Numbered from the stretch's first letter, positions 29,149 to 40,409 are shown. The stretch: DNA of 64,000 nt from Candidatus Latescibacterota bacterium (GCA_965208125.1 OZ242320.1:5683751-5747750), one strand, 5' to 3'. Made by a program: numbers and translations. The notes: generated by a model not told the origin, from the letters alone.

Positions 29149-31593
29149 TCAAAGCATCGACATCGGATCGACATTGATCGCCAGAGTCACACCGCGAGAT
29201 CGGCGTTTATTGGGAGCAAATTGTGTGGCGGCATTGCGGGCGGCGGCATTGAGATGGTTATGCGAATCGGACTTGAGCAAAACCTGCCAGCGATAAGTGC
29301 CCTGGATGCGTGCAAGAGGGGCCTGTACGGGACCCAGAATTTCGACATCGGGAGATGTTTGTTCGCGCAAAGCCTGAGCGATTATGCCAGCCGCGCGTGC
29401 GACTTCGTGTTCATCTTTGCCCTTAAAGAGCAAAAGCACCACGCGCCCAAAGGGCGGATAACCCAGACTTTGACGCGCACTGAGTTCGCGCTGTGCAAAA
29501 GTTTCAAAATCGTGACACTGCGCGCATTGTACGGCTTCGCCATCGGGCATATAAGTTTGAATAACGACTTCCCCCGGAATCTCACCCCGCCCAGCACGTC
29601 CACTAACCTGAGTCAGCAATTGGAATGTGCGTTCACTGGCGCGAAAATCGGGCAGGTGAATACTCGTATCCGCAGAAATGACGCCCACGAGTGTCACGCC
29701 GGGAAAATCGAGTCCCTTAGCGATCATCTGCGTACCGAGTAAAATATCGGCTTCGCCTCGGGAAAAACGACTGAGTATGCGGTCATGCGCGCCCTTTCGA
29801 CTCGTGGTATCCACATCCATTCGCAAAACGCGCACACCGGGAAATTGCGCTTCAAGAGTCTCTTCAACGCGCTGCGTCCCCACACCGAGAAAATGAAAAT
29901 TGCTGCTATGACACGATGGACACGCCGAGGGTGATGGCTCAATATAACCGCAATAATGACAAAGCATAAGGCGTCGGGTCGCGTGATAGGTCAAAGTAAC
30001 CTGACAGTGATCGCACTGGATACTTTCCCCACAGTCAGCGCATTGAACCGCAGGTGCGTATCCGCGCCGGTTTTGAAGCAAAATGGTGCGTTGACCCTTT
30101 GCAATGCGTTCGCGCATCTTTTCCCGAAGCGGGCGAGAAAACAAGCTACCACCTTCGTGCCGCATATCCACGAGTGTGACAGCGGGCAATGGGCGATTAT
30201 CGATGCGCTCTGGCAATATTAGAGCGTTGAATTTTTGCGTCTGTGCATTGTGATGCGACTCAAGAGAAGGAGTTGCCGATCCCAGCACAATGGGTAGATT
30301 TTGCAGATGGGCGCGCATCACAGCGACATCCCGAGCGTTGTAGCGAGGTGCGGGATCGTCTTGTTTGTACGAACCATCGTGTTCTTCGTCGATGATGATA
30401 AGACCCAGATTTTCAACAGGTGCAAAAATAGCCGATCGCGCACCAATAACAACGGCGCGTTTTCCCCTGCGAACCTCGCGCCAAGCATCGTAGCGTTCTC
30501 CAGGGGACAATGCACTGTGCAAAACCGCGACGCGATCGCCAAAATGGGCGCGAAAGCGGCGGACGGTCTGCGGCGTCAGAGTGATTTCCGGCACCAGAAC
30601 AATTGAGCCTTTTCCAGATGAGAGTGCGTGTGCAACCGCCCGAATATAAACCAATGTTTTCCCGCTACCCGTCACCCCGCGCAAAAGGTGCACCCGAAAG
30701 ATGTTTTCATCAATGCTTTGTCCAATCGCCTGGATAGCCCGCGCTTGATGGGACGTAAGCGTTACATCCTCAGGCGGGGGAAGATCGACATCGGCATAAG
30801 GGTCGCGCACCACTTCGCGATCAATAAAACAGATCAAATTGCGCTTGGCCATTTCTCTCAGTACGCCCGACGAAATCCCTTCTGCGGATAGTTGTGTAGT
30901 CAATAGGGGGCGATTTGCCGAACGCAGACGGCGGATACACTGCGCCTGGCGGGGAGCGCGTTTTTCAAGTGTGGGCAATTCCAGATCAAACCAGCGCGGA
31001 TCACTGGGCACAAGAGCCACTGCACGCTCGGTTTTTGTTCTCACTTTTGGTGCTGACATCTTTTGAAACGCGACCAGAACGCCCCGCCTCAAAAGACTGT
31101 CTATCGCGGACTGTACGCCCTGTTTGCCCAATCGGTTTTGAAGTTGGCGCATCGAGGCCGAACTGAGTTCGCCCAAAGCCGCGACGACCTCGCGCTGGCG
31201 AGGAGAAAGCAGGCGACTGATCGCGTCGTCAAAGTTTTTTTCAAGGGCAAAATGCTGCCCACTATCCAGATGAATGCCCGAGGGAAGGGCCGCAGAGAGG
31301 ACTTCCGAGAGACTGCACAGATAATACGAGGCCATCCACCTGCACAATTCGAGCATCGGCGGTGTCAAAAGTGGATAAGAATCCAAGATTTGGGCAATAG
31401 TCTTGACGCGATGGAGAGGCAGATCGCACGTTTCGCAAAAACCGACGACAATGCCCGTGACCCAGCGTTCTCCAAAAGGAATGAGAACGCGGTAGCCCGT
31501 TTGCAAATCGTCCTGGAGATCGTCGGGAATGCTGTAGGTGAATGTATCGAGGGATGTGCCCAGGGGAACGATTTGTGCGAAAGGATGTGCCAT
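29149..31593 (-). CDS. priA: Primosomal protein N'
   Basis: GVTGSGKT, LVPEITLTPQ, IIDEEHD, four CxxC pairs, GTQMIAKGLDF. Confidence 0.97.
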   Translation of the reverse strand: MAHPFAQIVPLGTSLDTFTYSIPDDLQDDLQTGYRVLIPFGERWVTGIVVGFCETCDLPLHRVKTIAQILDSYPLLTPPMLELCRWMASYYLCSLSEVLSAALPSGIHLDSGQHFALEKNFDDAISRLLSPRQREVVAALGELSSASMRQLQNRLGKQGVQSAIDSLLRRGVLVAFQKMSAPKVRTKTERAVALVPSDPRWFDLELPTLEKRAPRQAQCIRRLRSANRPLLTTQLSAEGISSGVLREMAKRNLICFIDREVVRDPYADVDLPPPEDVTLTSHQARAIQAIGQSIDENIFRVHLLRGVTGSGKTLVYIRAVAHALSSGKGSIVLVPEITLTPQTVRRFRAHFGDRVAVLHSALSPGERYDAWREVRRGKRAVVIGARSAIFAPVENLGLIIIDEEHDGSYKQDDPAPRYNARDVAVMRAHLQNLPIVLGSATPSLESHHNAQTQKFNALILPERIDNRPLPAVTLVDMRHEGGSLFSRPLREKMRERIAKGQRTILLQNRRGYAPAVQCADCGESIQCDHCQVTLTYHATRRLMLCHYCGYIEPSPSACPSCHSSNFHFLGVGTQRVEETLEAQFPGVRVLRMDVDTTSRKGAHDRILSRFSRGEADILLGTQMIAKGLDFPGVTLVGVISADTSIHLPDFRASERTFQLLTQVSGRAGRGEIPGEVVIQTYMPDGEAVQCAQCHDFETFAQRELSARQSLGYPPFGRVVLLLFKGKDEHEVARAAGIIAQALREQTSPDVEILGPVQAPLARIQGTYRWQVLLKSDSHNHLNAAARNAATQFAPNKRRSRGVTLAINVDPMSML

Positions 31594-31598
31594 AAAAA

Positions 31599-32540
31599 CT
31601 ATCGGTCTATCTGCGGATCAGAGGGCGTGTCGCCGAGTTCTTCAACTTTGATGAGAGTGCGATAAATAGTCAGGCGAAGGCCGCGGTCGGGTGGGCTGGC
31701 AAATTCGAGAGGCTGGTCCTGCAGTGAAATCGAACTGCCACGCTGTATCTCCACTTGAAAGCGGTCATAAGCCAGCCAGCGTTGCTGCCGCCCCATGGGA
31801 AGCACACCAGCAAAAACCCCGCGGTCATCGGCAGTAATGGATAGATGGGTGTTTTCCCTTGCAACGCCGGAAAGGATCATGAATTCTCCTTCGGCAATGA
31901 CGCCGGGAATGGACAAATTATATGTGGAGAGCACAGCGAGCGTTGGTTGGGCAGATGGCGTCTCCTGATTTTCCGATAGAGGTTGCGATGGTATAACGGA
32001 CTCTGTATTGTCTCGCAGTTGCATCTCTTGTACGGATTTCGCGCTATCCTGTATTTCAGACGGCATCTCCTCTGCAGAAATGCTTATTTGTTCAGTTGAG
32101 ATAACCGATTCCGTACTATCTGGTATTGGAATTGGTGATGTGGTTATATCGAGCGGCGCGGTGAGCGGTGTTTCTTCACGCGAGTTGAGGATGATAATCA
32201 CCACTGCAATCACCGCGAATGCGAGTAATGAGATAAATATTGCGCTGCGGTTTATCCCGCGTTCTGGAGAGGACGGTACTGGGGGACGCTCACGCGGTAG
32301 CGCAACACTTCTTTCAAAGCGAAACAGGATATCCTGAACGTCGAGGTTGAGTTCTTGGGCATATGTCTTGAGAAACAAACGCGCGTAAGCTACGGGCAAT
32401 AAATTGAATTGTCCCGCTTCGAGCACTTTGATAAACTCGGGATTGATCCGCGTGTGTTCATAAACATCACCGATACTCAAACCCAAATTTTCGCGCTGCG
32501 TTTTGAGTAATTCACCAATGTCTTGTTTTTCATCTGTCAT
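31599..32540 (-). CDS. rodZ: RodZ-like HTH membrane protein
   Basis: IGELLKTQRE HTH, YARLFLKTYA, single TM segment, C-terminal periplasmic domain. Confidence 0.7.
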   Translation of the reverse strand: MTDEKQDIGELLKTQRENLGLSIGDVYEHTRINPEFIKVLEAGQFNLLPVAYARLFLKTYAQELNLDVQDILFRFERSVALPRERPPVPSSPERGINRSAIFISLLAFAVIAVVIIILNSREETPLTAPLDITTSPIPIPDSTESVISTEQISISAEEMPSEIQDSAKSVQEMQLRDNTESVIPSQPLSENQETPSAQPTLAVLSTYNLSIPGVIAEGEFMILSGVARENTHLSITADDRGVFAGVLPMGRQQRWLAYDRFQVEIQRGSSISLQDQPLEFASPPDRGLRLTIYRTLIKVEELGDTPSDPQIDR

Positions 32541-33168
32541 AGATGGTTGTATTCCCGTTATTTGTTAGATCTATTTCGGGTATAATCGCCCAAAGCGATT
32601 GCCCGACCAGACGGTGATAAAGGCTCCAAAAGCGCGCAAGCGGCAAGCCCACCACATTGTAGAAACAACCGGATATAGATTGAATAAAGGCAGATGCACG
32701 CCCCTGAGCGCCATAAGCACCGGCTTTGTCCATAGAATCTCCAGTGGCGACATAGCGCGAAATATCCTCCGATGAGAGCACGCGCATCGTGACGTGGGTA
32801 GTTGCAACATCTGTGAGAGTCTGTCCGGTTTCCGTATCTGTGAGAGCCAGCCCTGTATAGACCTGATGGGTTTTTCCCGAAAGTTGCGCCAGCATGTCTT
32901 TGGCGTGTTTGGCGTCATTCGGTTTCCCGAAAATCGCATTTTCCAATGCCACAACTGTATCGGCTCCCAAAACGAGCGCGTGGTCAAAACGATGGATAAC
33001 CGCCTGTGTTTTGCGCTGCGCGATTTCCCGCACATATTCAGCGGGTGGCAAAATGGTATCCAAAGACTCATTCGCATTGCTCGGCGCAATCTCAAACGGA
33101 ATATCCAACAAACGCAACAAACGCGCACGCCTGGGCGAGGCTGACGCGAGAATCAGTCTCTTCTTCAT
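32530..33168 (-). CDS. maf: Maf family nucleotide pyrophosphatase
   Basis: [28 protein letters not shown]. Confidence 0.95.
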   Translation of the reverse strand: MKKRLILASASPRRARLLRLLDIPFEIAPSNANESLDTILPPAEYVREIAQRKTQAVIHRFDHALVLGADTVVALENAIFGKPNDAKHAKDMLAQLSGKTHQVYTGLALTDTETGQTLTDVATTHVTMRVLSSEDISRYVATGDSMDKAGAYGAQGRASAFIQSISGCFYNVVGLPLARFWSLYHRLVGQSLWAIIPEIDLTNNGNTTIYDR

Positions 33169-33608
33169 ATCTCTGAGTCAATCATCAATGTAACGGGGCC
33201 TGTATTGTGAATTTCGACCTGCATATACGCGCCAAAAACGCCAGTTTCAGTGTGAATGCCAAGCGTGCGGAGATGCTGGACAAATCGCTCGTACATGGAT
33301 TTGGCAATATCTGGTGGCGCAGCCCGATTAAAACTCGGACGGCGGCCTTTGCGGGTGTCGGCGTGCAGGGTAAATTGCGAAACCACCAGCGCCTGCCCCC
33401 CCGTGTCGAGCAGGGACCTGTTCATTTTGCCCTGACTGTCCTCAAAAATTCTCAAATTTGCACATTTCTCAGCAACATATTCCATATCCGGCAGGCCATC
33501 GGTATCGCTAATACCCAGCAGAATCAAAAGACCGCGATCAATTTGTCCAACAATTTGTTCTTCAACGCGAACCGTTGCCCTGCATACCCGCTGAATCAAT
33601 GCCCGCAC
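33165..33608 (-). CDS. dtd: D-aminoacyl-tRNA deacylase
   Basis: RALIQRV, LRIFED, VSQFTL, GPVT; GTG start with GGAGGG RBS. Confidence 0.95.
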   Translation of the reverse strand: MRALIQRVCRATVRVEEQIVGQIDRGLLILLGISDTDGLPDMEYVAEKCANLRIFEDSQGKMNRSLLDTGGQALVVSQFTLHADTRKGRRPSFNRAAPPDIAKSMYERFVQHLRTLGIHTETGVFGAYMQVEIHNTGPVTLMIDSEI

Positions 33609-33641
33609 GCTACCCTCCAATGCTAAAAATGCCTGTACCAT

Positions 33642-33779
33642 TTATAACCTATTTGTGGCATGTGTGCAAGGTGAAAGATATAAGAGACGCGGCAAAACAG
33701 GCTGGCACCATCCCGGCGCAATCGCAAATAACAGGAACATAACGAGCCAAACGGCTTGTCTTTTATTAAAGATATTCAT
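33642..33779 (-). pseudogene. lptD remnant (signal-peptide region joined to lptD downstream flank)
   Basis: 33689-33779 about 80/91 identical to 45127-45217; 33643-33679 30/37 identical to 42816-42852 (manual counts). Confidence 0.8.
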
Positions 33780-33917
33780 ATTTTCGTACAGGTTATCAAT
33801 CGCAATTCTCGACAAAGATTCGCAAAAATGGTAGTCCATGAGAACATCTGGGCCGCCCCGGTTCTACTCGCAGGGCGACTGATGATCCCCATCAGCCTGT
33901 ACTGAAAGAGAAAAGAG

Positions 33918-35114
33918 ATGAGTCGAGGAAAAAGCTTACTCCTGGCCAGTGCCATCCTTCTCATATCCTTGAGTGTTGCCTACCTTATGGTCTGGCTGAA
34001 ACCCGAGCCGGAAATCCGGCCTCTTACTTCTCGGGCACCTTTCGCAGCCACGGCTCCCGCGGTGGTCGGCACTGGTGCAATTCCCGTGTACGGGGCTGGG
34101 ACGGTTCGACCTGTTGCAGAGATAGATGTCGCTGCCGAAATCAATGGTAAGGTTGTTTGGGTAGATCCGGCCTTTCAGAGTGGCGGACGAGTCCGAAAAG
34201 GGCAGGTTCTCTTCCGCATTGATGACGCCGACTACCGCAACAGAGTTCAGCAAGCCCGCGCCAACGTGGCCGCGCAGCATGTCGCACTCCTCCGGGCGAA
34301 TGAAGAAGCTCAGATCGCACGCGCTGAGTACGCGCAATACAGACGTGGCCAAACAGATATAGCTGGGGCCAATCCCCTTGCGCTGTGGGAACCACAACTC
34401 GAGGCAGCCCGCGCCGCGGTGGTCAGAGATAGTGCTGTGCTCGCCGCTGCCGAGTTGGCTTTGGCACGTACAAAAGTCCGCGCGCCTTTCAGAGGCGTCG
34501 TGCAGGCAGAATCGATAGATATGGGGCAGTTCGTAGTGGCTGGTCAGAGTGTGGGGCGAATTTACGCGACCGACGCAGTAGAGGTGGTAGTTCCCCTCTC
34601 CGACGCCAACGCAGTTCTCATTCCCGGCCTATGGGATCTGGAAGCTGGCGACGGAAACAGGCGAGTCGGGGCCCGCATCATTGCTGAATACGGCGACAGA
34701 AGCTACACCTGGGAGGGCTATGTAGATCGAGCGGAAGCATCCCTGGACGAACAGACGCGCACCATCAACGTCATCGTACGCGTCCCAAATCCTTTTACAA
34801 GCGGCACCCGATTCGAAGCGGCAAGCGCGGATCCTGGCCCGCCCCTTCTCGTGGGCAAATTCGCAGAAGTGCGAATTGAGGGAATCATCCCAGACCAGTA
34901 CTTCATCCTGCGGCGATCAGCACTCAGACCGGGCAACGAGGTCTGGGCAGTGCGCGATGACTCATTATTGACCATCGTCCCGGTGCGCGTCCTTCAGCGT
35001 TCCGATGATAAGGTGTTCGTAACCGGCACGCTGAAAACCGGTCAAGCGGTCGTCATAGGCGGGATTCAGGTCGCAACCGAAGGCATGGTGGTGCGGATCG
35101 GAGATGATCCATGA
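33918..35114 (+). CDS. RND efflux periplasmic adaptor (MFP) subunit
   Basis: N-terminal TM, lipoyl halves (VAAEINGKV, VRAPFRGVV) flanking a coiled coil. Confidence 0.9.
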   Translation: MSRGKSLLLASAILLISLSVAYLMVWLKPEPEIRPLTSRAPFAATAPAVVGTGAIPVYGAGTVRPVAEIDVAAEINGKVVWVDPAFQSGGRVRKGQVLFRIDDADYRNRVQQARANVAAQHVALLRANEEAQIARAEYAQYRRGQTDIAGANPLALWEPQLEAARAAVVRDSAVLAAAELALARTKVRAPFRGVVQAESIDMGQFVVAGQSVGRIYATDAVEVVVPLSDANAVLIPGLWDLEAGDGNRRVGARIIAEYGDRSYTWEGYVDRAEASLDEQTRTINVIVRVPNPFTSGTRFEAASADPGPPLLVGKFAEVRIEGIIPDQYFILRRSALRPGNEVWAVRDDSLLTIVPVRVLQRSDDKVFVTGTLKTGQAVVIGGIQVATEGMVVRIGDDP

Positions 35115-38100
35115 ACCGGGAAGAAGGTTCCGCACGGGAACAGCGTGGTCCCATAGCTTATATGGCTGGTAACAGTGTAGCCGCCAATCTACTGATGTGG
35201 GCCATTATCGCCGCCGGGCTGGTGTCGCTGACCGGACTCGACCGGGAAGCGTGGCCCACCACTCCCTTCTACCATATTGAAGTGTCGATGGCCTATCCCG
35301 GCGCCACACCAGAAGAGGTGGAGGAGTCCATCGTCGTCAAGATCGAAGACCAGGTCAGTGGATTGGATGACGTGAAGGCGGTCAAGTCCGTATCGGCCCC
35401 GGGTATGGCATCCGTGCGGGTTCAAATGGATTTCGATACGGACATGGCTCGGGCGTTGAACGATATCGAGTCTGCCGTCAATCGCATACAGTCTTTCCCG
35501 GCCAGTGCCGAACGTCCCAGTTTCAGGGAGATGACCAACCGCATGAGCATGATGCGGCTCATTGTTTATGGCGATGTGCCCGAGCGTGCGCTGAAGGAAT
35601 TGGCGTATCAGATCGAAGATGAACTCACAACACTCCCCTCCGTGTCCCAGGTCGAAGTCAGTGGTATTCGGAAATACGAGATCTCTATCGAGGTACCGCT
35701 TCATCGGCTAAGAGCACTTGGACTCACACTCACCGATATAGCCAACACCATTCGTCGCAGTTCCCTGGACTTATCTGCCGGCAGTATCAATACCCGGGAA
35801 TCCCAGGTGCGGGTCCGGACTCTCGGTCAGAACTACGACCAAAAGGATTTCGAAGAGATCGTCCTTCTCAGTGGTCGTGACGGCACGGTCCTGCGCCTTG
35901 GAGATATCGCCGAGGTTCGCGACGGTTTTCAGGAAGCCGACCTGATCATCCGGCACCAGAACCATCCCGGGGTATTCGTGGAGATCTACCGCGCCGATGG
36001 TGAGCAAGTGATGGATGTCGCCACGACCGTCCGACAGCACCTGGCAAACGAAGTGATCCCTTCCCTGCCGGACGGTGTGGGCGTCACCATGTGGAATGAC
36101 GAATCCCAGGTCTATGAGGAACGCGCCGATCTTCTCCTCAAGAACGGGATCCTGGGCCTGTTGCTGGTGCTGATCGCACTCAGCCTGTTTCTCGAAATCC
36201 GGCTCGCGCTTTGGGTTGCCGTGGGCCTCGCCGTTTCGGGAATCGGCGCCCTCGCCATCATGATGGCATTCGACGTGGCGATCAACACCATCAGCCTGTT
36301 TTCCTTTGTCCTCGCCATAGGAATCATCGTCGACGATGCCATCGTCGTGGCCGAGCACATTCAATACGAACGCAAGCGGGGAACACCCGGGGTCACGGCC
36401 GCGATCCGCGGCGTACGGCGGATCAAGGTGCCGTTGACGTTCGCAGTTCTGACGTCGGTGGTGGCCTTCGTCCCGTTGCTGTTCATTCCCGGCGGCGTCG
36501 GTGAGGTGTGGCGGGCCCTGCCGATCATCATGATCGCCATGCTGCTGGTTTCCCTGGTCGAATCGCTGCTGGTGCTGCCCAACCACCTGTCCCACCTGCA
36601 CGGCCCGGAGTGGGTGCCGGCCAATGCCTTCGACCGGTTCTTCGCGCGGCTCCAGGGGCGCGTTGACGCGCTGCTGAACAGGTTCGTCCAAGGCCCGCTG
36701 GATCGGGCCCTGCAGTTCGCCACCGACCAGCCCGCGGTGACGATGTCGGGGGCAGTGGGAATGCTCGTGCTGAGCATCTCCCTGTTGCCCGCGGGGATCG
36801 TTCCTACCACGCTGGCCGCTGACGTGGAGGGGGATATCGCGACGGTCGTCCTGGAGATGCCCGATGGGGCGACCGCTCCGAGGACGTACGAAGTGGCGCA
36901 GGAACTGGAGGCCGCAGGCCACCGGGTCATCGAACGACTCTCGCGCGGCCGGCCCGGGGATGCGCCACCGCTACTGACCGGCGTAACGGTGACCGTCGGA
37001 CAGGGCTCGAGACTCGCGGGCGGGCTCAATCCGGAGCCGACCCTCAATCCGCAAGCCAACATCGCCACCATTGAGTTCAAACTCCTGGGCGCCCAACAGA
37101 GAGAAATCTCCACCGGAGAGGTCGTGCAGGCATGGCGGGAGGAAGTGGGGGTACTGCCCTACGTACGCGGCATCACCTTCAGCGGCGAGGTCTTCGACTT
37201 GGGCAACCCGGTGGAGGCCGTGTTGTCGCATCCGGACCCGGAGCGCCTTGTCCGGATTGCAGACTCCGTGGTGGATGGACTCCGCGGGGTGGGAGGCGTC
37301 TATGACATACGTTCGGATCACTCCCCGGGCATCCCGGAGGTTCAACTGGAGCTGCGGCCGGAAGCGCGAACCCTCGGTCTCACACTCCACGACCTGGCCG
37401 GGCAGGCACGGGCGGCGTTCTTCGGCGCAGAGGCCGTTCGGGTGCAGCGCGACCGGGAAGAGGTCCGGGTCTATGTGCGCCTGCCCTCCGATGAACGAAA
37501 ATCCATCACCGATGTCGAAGGATACCTGCTCCGTACGCCGGGCGGGGCCGAGGTCCCGGTCATGAGTGTGGCCTCCCTGAACCCGGGGGTGTCGCCGCCG
37601 GCCATTCGGCGGAAGGACGGCCAGCGCGTCGTCACGGTCACTGCGGACGTGGATGCTTCGGTGATTTCAGGCGACGAAGCCAACGACATCCTGGCCAATT
37701 CGATCCTCGCGGATCTGACCGCCCTGCACCCGGACCTGACATACAGCTTCGGAGGGGAACAACAACAGCAGCTCGAATCCCTGGATGCGCTGTATCGCGG
37801 ATTTGCGATTGCCATGCTCCTGATCTTCGCGCTGCTCGCCATCCCCCTCCGATCCTATACAAAGCCGTTCATCATCATGGCCGTCATCCCCTTCGGGTTC
37901 ATCGGAGTGATCCTGGGTCACTGGGTCCTGGGAGTAGCCCTGAGTGCCGTATCTTTCATGGGTATCTTCGGCCTGAGTGGGGTGGTCGTGAACGATTCCC
38001 TGGTCATGATCGATTTCATCGATCAGAGAATCGGGGAAGGCACCTTGGCAAGGACGGCGATCGTGGAGGGCGCCAAGGGGCGCTTTCGTCCGATCATGCT

Positions 38101-38305
38101 CACTTCCGTGACTACGTTCCTCGGCTTCACTCCCCTTATTCTGGAACGTGCCATCCAAGCCCAGTTCCTGATCCCCTTTGCCGCCTCGCTCGGTTGCGGC
38201 ATTCTCTTTACTACGGCTATACTCATGATGATCGTTCCCGCACTTTACACCATCCATCTGCGTCTGATTGCTTCGCGGGGCCGTTCCGGCGCTGGTACCG
38301 GGTAA
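35111..38305 (+). CDS. RND transporter permease (AcrB/AcrD/AcrF family)
   Basis: 1064 aa; YPGATPEEVE, GIIVDDAIVVAE, GVVVNDSLV, RFRPIMLTS. Confidence 0.93.
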   Translation: MNREEGSAREQRGPIAYMAGNSVAANLLMWAIIAAGLVSLTGLDREAWPTTPFYHIEVSMAYPGATPEEVEESIVVKIEDQVSGLDDVKAVKSVSAPGMASVRVQMDFDTDMARALNDIESAVNRIQSFPASAERPSFREMTNRMSMMRLIVYGDVPERALKELAYQIEDELTTLPSVSQVEVSGIRKYEISIEVPLHRLRALGLTLTDIANTIRRSSLDLSAGSINTRESQVRVRTLGQNYDQKDFEEIVLLSGRDGTVLRLGDIAEVRDGFQEADLIIRHQNHPGVFVEIYRADGEQVMDVATTVRQHLANEVIPSLPDGVGVTMWNDESQVYEERADLLLKNGILGLLLVLIALSLFLEIRLALWVAVGLAVSGIGALAIMMAFDVAINTISLFSFVLAIGIIVDDAIVVAEHIQYERKRGTPGVTAAIRGVRRIKVPLTFAVLTSVVAFVPLLFIPGGVGEVWRALPIIMIAMLLVSLVESLLVLPNHLSHLHGPEWVPANAFDRFFARLQGRVDALLNRFVQGPLDRALQFATDQPAVTMSGAVGMLVLSISLLPAGIVPTTLAADVEGDIATVVLEMPDGATAPRTYEVAQELEAAGHRVIERLSRGRPGDAPPLLTGVTVTVGQGSRLAGGLNPEPTLNPQANIATIEFKLLGAQQREISTGEVVQAWREEVGVLPYVRGITFSGEVFDLGNPVEAVLSHPDPERLVRIADSVVDGLRGVGGVYDIRSDHSPGIPEVQLELRPEARTLGLTLHDLAGQARAAFFGAEAVRVQRDREEVRVYVRLPSDERKSITDVEGYLLRTPGGAEVPVMSVASLNPGVSPPAIRRKDGQRVVTVTADVDASVISGDEANDILANSILADLTALHPDLTYSFGGEQQQQLESLDALYRGFAIAMLLIFALLAIPLRSYTKPFIIMAVIPFGFIGVILGHWVLGVALSAVSFMGIFGLSGVVVNDSLVMIDFIDQRIGEGTLARTAIVEGAKGRFRPIMLTSVTTFLGFTPLILERAIQAQFLIPFAASLGCGILFTTAILMMIVPALYTIHLRLIASRGRSGAGTG

Positions 38306-38336
38306 TGCACTTCATGATGCAGGGAGGCAGAAACCG

Positions 38337-40370
38337 ATGGCTAATACTACCGAGGGTTTGACGACCCAATCGCTAAGTCTCACCGAAGAGCTCATCCTGA
38401 TGCTCCTCAACGAGGAGACTGGCTACTTTCACCAGGTACCCGGCTGGCATTTGAACTGCGCCGTGGTCGGTGCCGTGCTCGCAGAGCTTTCACTCAGATC
38501 GCGCATCGACACGGACCTGGAATCCCTATTCCTCGTGGACGAGTCGGAAACGGGAAGACCTACCCTGGACCCCATTCTGAAAGAAATCGCAGCCGAATCT
38601 GTTCAACGGAACGCCCAGTACTGGATCGAACGGCTTGCTCCCCGTGCGGAATCGATCATTGATTCGGTTCTGGACCGCCTGGTTGACCTGAAGATCCTGG
38701 AATATCACGACGGTGAATTCTGGACACTGGCTCCTACCGTCTGGCGTGGGGAACTGTCCAGCAAGTCGGAAGAGGGCACTGCAGGCCAGTTCATAAAAAC
38801 GCGGATCAGCAGGATCATCTTCACCGACGAGATTCCCGATCCGAGAGATGTCATCATTATCTGCCTCGTCAATACCTGCGACGTCTTTCGTTTCATATTC
38901 CAGCTCGACGACGAGGCGGAGGAGCGCATCGAGTTCATCTGCAAGATGGATCTGATCGGCCGCTCCCTGGCCTCTGCGGTCTCTCAGAACCTCGCCGGCC
39001 CAGCCCTTCGACGTCCTGCCCTTGCCAGGAAAATTCCGACGGTTTCGCTGCCCAAGCTGCTGCTGAACCCGCATAGTCGAGACGGCAACCTGAACGCGCT
39101 CTTCGGGAACCTTGCGGAGGAGTACGGTCCGGTGTTCCAGATCCGCCCTCCCTTCTCGAAGCCCATGATCTTCCTGGCCGGACTCGAGACAAACCGCTGG
39201 GTGCACAAGCGCGGGCGCATGTACCTGAGAGCCAGAGACTACTTCAGCGACTTCGAGAAGGTCTACGGCGCGTCCGGCGTCCTGCCCGCCCTGGACGGAG
39301 CCGATCACTTCCGGCTTCGCCAGTCCCTGTCGCCCGCCTATTCTGCCGTGAGGCTGGGAGGGCAGCTAGACCAGCTCTACAATCAGGGGCGCAAATACAT
39401 GGCGAGCTTGACGGTTGGGGACTCATACCGCGCCACGTCCATGTGCCGGGAGATGGTGAACGCCCAGCTCTCCCCACTGTTCATCGGCGTCGATACCCAG
39501 GACCTCATGGACGACCTGATGGCGTACAAGGAACGGGCCCTCAGCGTGCACGTCGCCAAGCTCCTGCCCAGATTCACGCTGAACACCCCGGGCATGAGAC
39601 GTCGGGCGAAAGCCCTGGACACACTGATGCAGCGGGTCCAGGACATCCATACCCCCGCCCAACGGGCGGACAGCCCGCGGGACCTGGTGGACGATTACCT
39701 CAGCCTGCACGCGAGCGACCCGCAGTTTCTCCCGGAGTCCAACCTGCTGTTCTCCTTTTCCGCGGCCTTGATTGCCAGCGTGTACCTCGGCGATACGTTC
39801 AGCCTCGTAGTCTACGCCATGGCGTCGCAGCCCGACCTCTACGCCAGAATCCAGGCCGAAGCAGATGCCCTGTTCGCCAAGGGAGACCCCGAGAGAGAGG
39901 ATTTCACCCCCGCCAACATTGACGTTACCCACCGCTTCCTCATGGAGTGCATGCGCATGTACCCGATCGTCTCCATGTCCATTCGGAACGTGATGAATAC
40001 GTGCGTGGTCGAGGACTACGAGCTGCCCATGGGGGAACGGATCCACATCGCCATGACCGCCACGCATTACATGAGCGAGGTCTTTCCCGACCCCTACAAG
40101 TTCGACATCGACCGCTACCTGCCGTCGCGCCATGAACACCGAAGCCCCGGGTACGCCCCGTACGGGCTGGGCACGCACAAGTGTCTCGGCACCCGGTGGA
40201 TGGAGCTGCACCTGGCGGCCAACTTGCTGATGCTGGCGCACTACTTCACGATTGAGGTGTCGCCAGCGCAGTACAAGCATAAGCTCCGTTTCAGTCCGTT
40301 CCCGTCGCTGAAACCGAGCAAGAAGCTGAAGTTCCGCATCTCCCAGCAGAGACGGGAGCTGTTCACCTGA
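38337..40370 (+). CDS. GPP34/GOLPH3-like domain fused to cytochrome P450
   Basis: N-terminal LSLTEELILMLL..GAVLAEL..RI (GPP34-like); P450 ECMR (ExxR), FDIDRY, YGLGTHKCLG heme Cys; GGGAGG RBS before ATG 38337. Confidence 0.85.
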   Translation: MANTTEGLTTQSLSLTEELILMLLNEETGYFHQVPGWHLNCAVVGAVLAELSLRSRIDTDLESLFLVDESETGRPTLDPILKEIAAESVQRNAQYWIERLAPRAESIIDSVLDRLVDLKILEYHDGEFWTLAPTVWRGELSSKSEEGTAGQFIKTRISRIIFTDEIPDPRDVIIICLVNTCDVFRFIFQLDDEAEERIEFICKMDLIGRSLASAVSQNLAGPALRRPALARKIPTVSLPKLLLNPHSRDGNLNALFGNLAEEYGPVFQIRPPFSKPMIFLAGLETNRWVHKRGRMYLRARDYFSDFEKVYGASGVLPALDGADHFRLRQSLSPAYSAVRLGGQLDQLYNQGRKYMASLTVGDSYRATSMCREMVNAQLSPLFIGVDTQDLMDDLMAYKERALSVHVAKLLPRFTLNTPGMRRRAKALDTLMQRVQDIHTPAQRADSPRDLVDDYLSLHASDPQFLPESNLLFSFSAALIASVYLGDTFSLVVYAMASQPDLYARIQAEADALFAKGDPEREDFTPANIDVTHRFLMECMRMYPIVSMSIRNVMNTCVVEDYELPMGERIHIAMTATHYMSEVFPDPYKFDIDRYLPSRHEHRSPGYAPYGLGTHKCLGTRWMELHLAANLLMLAHYFTIEVSPAQYKHKLRFSPFPSLKPSKKLKFRISQQRRELFT

Positions 40371-40409
40371 CGACTTGCTCCTTGTGGAGCCAGGGGAAAA
40401 CACCACGAA

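Noticed and set aside
35189-40406. Many long minus-strand ORFs (up to 383 aa)
   Set aside because: Shadow frames of the GC-rich RND and P450 genes
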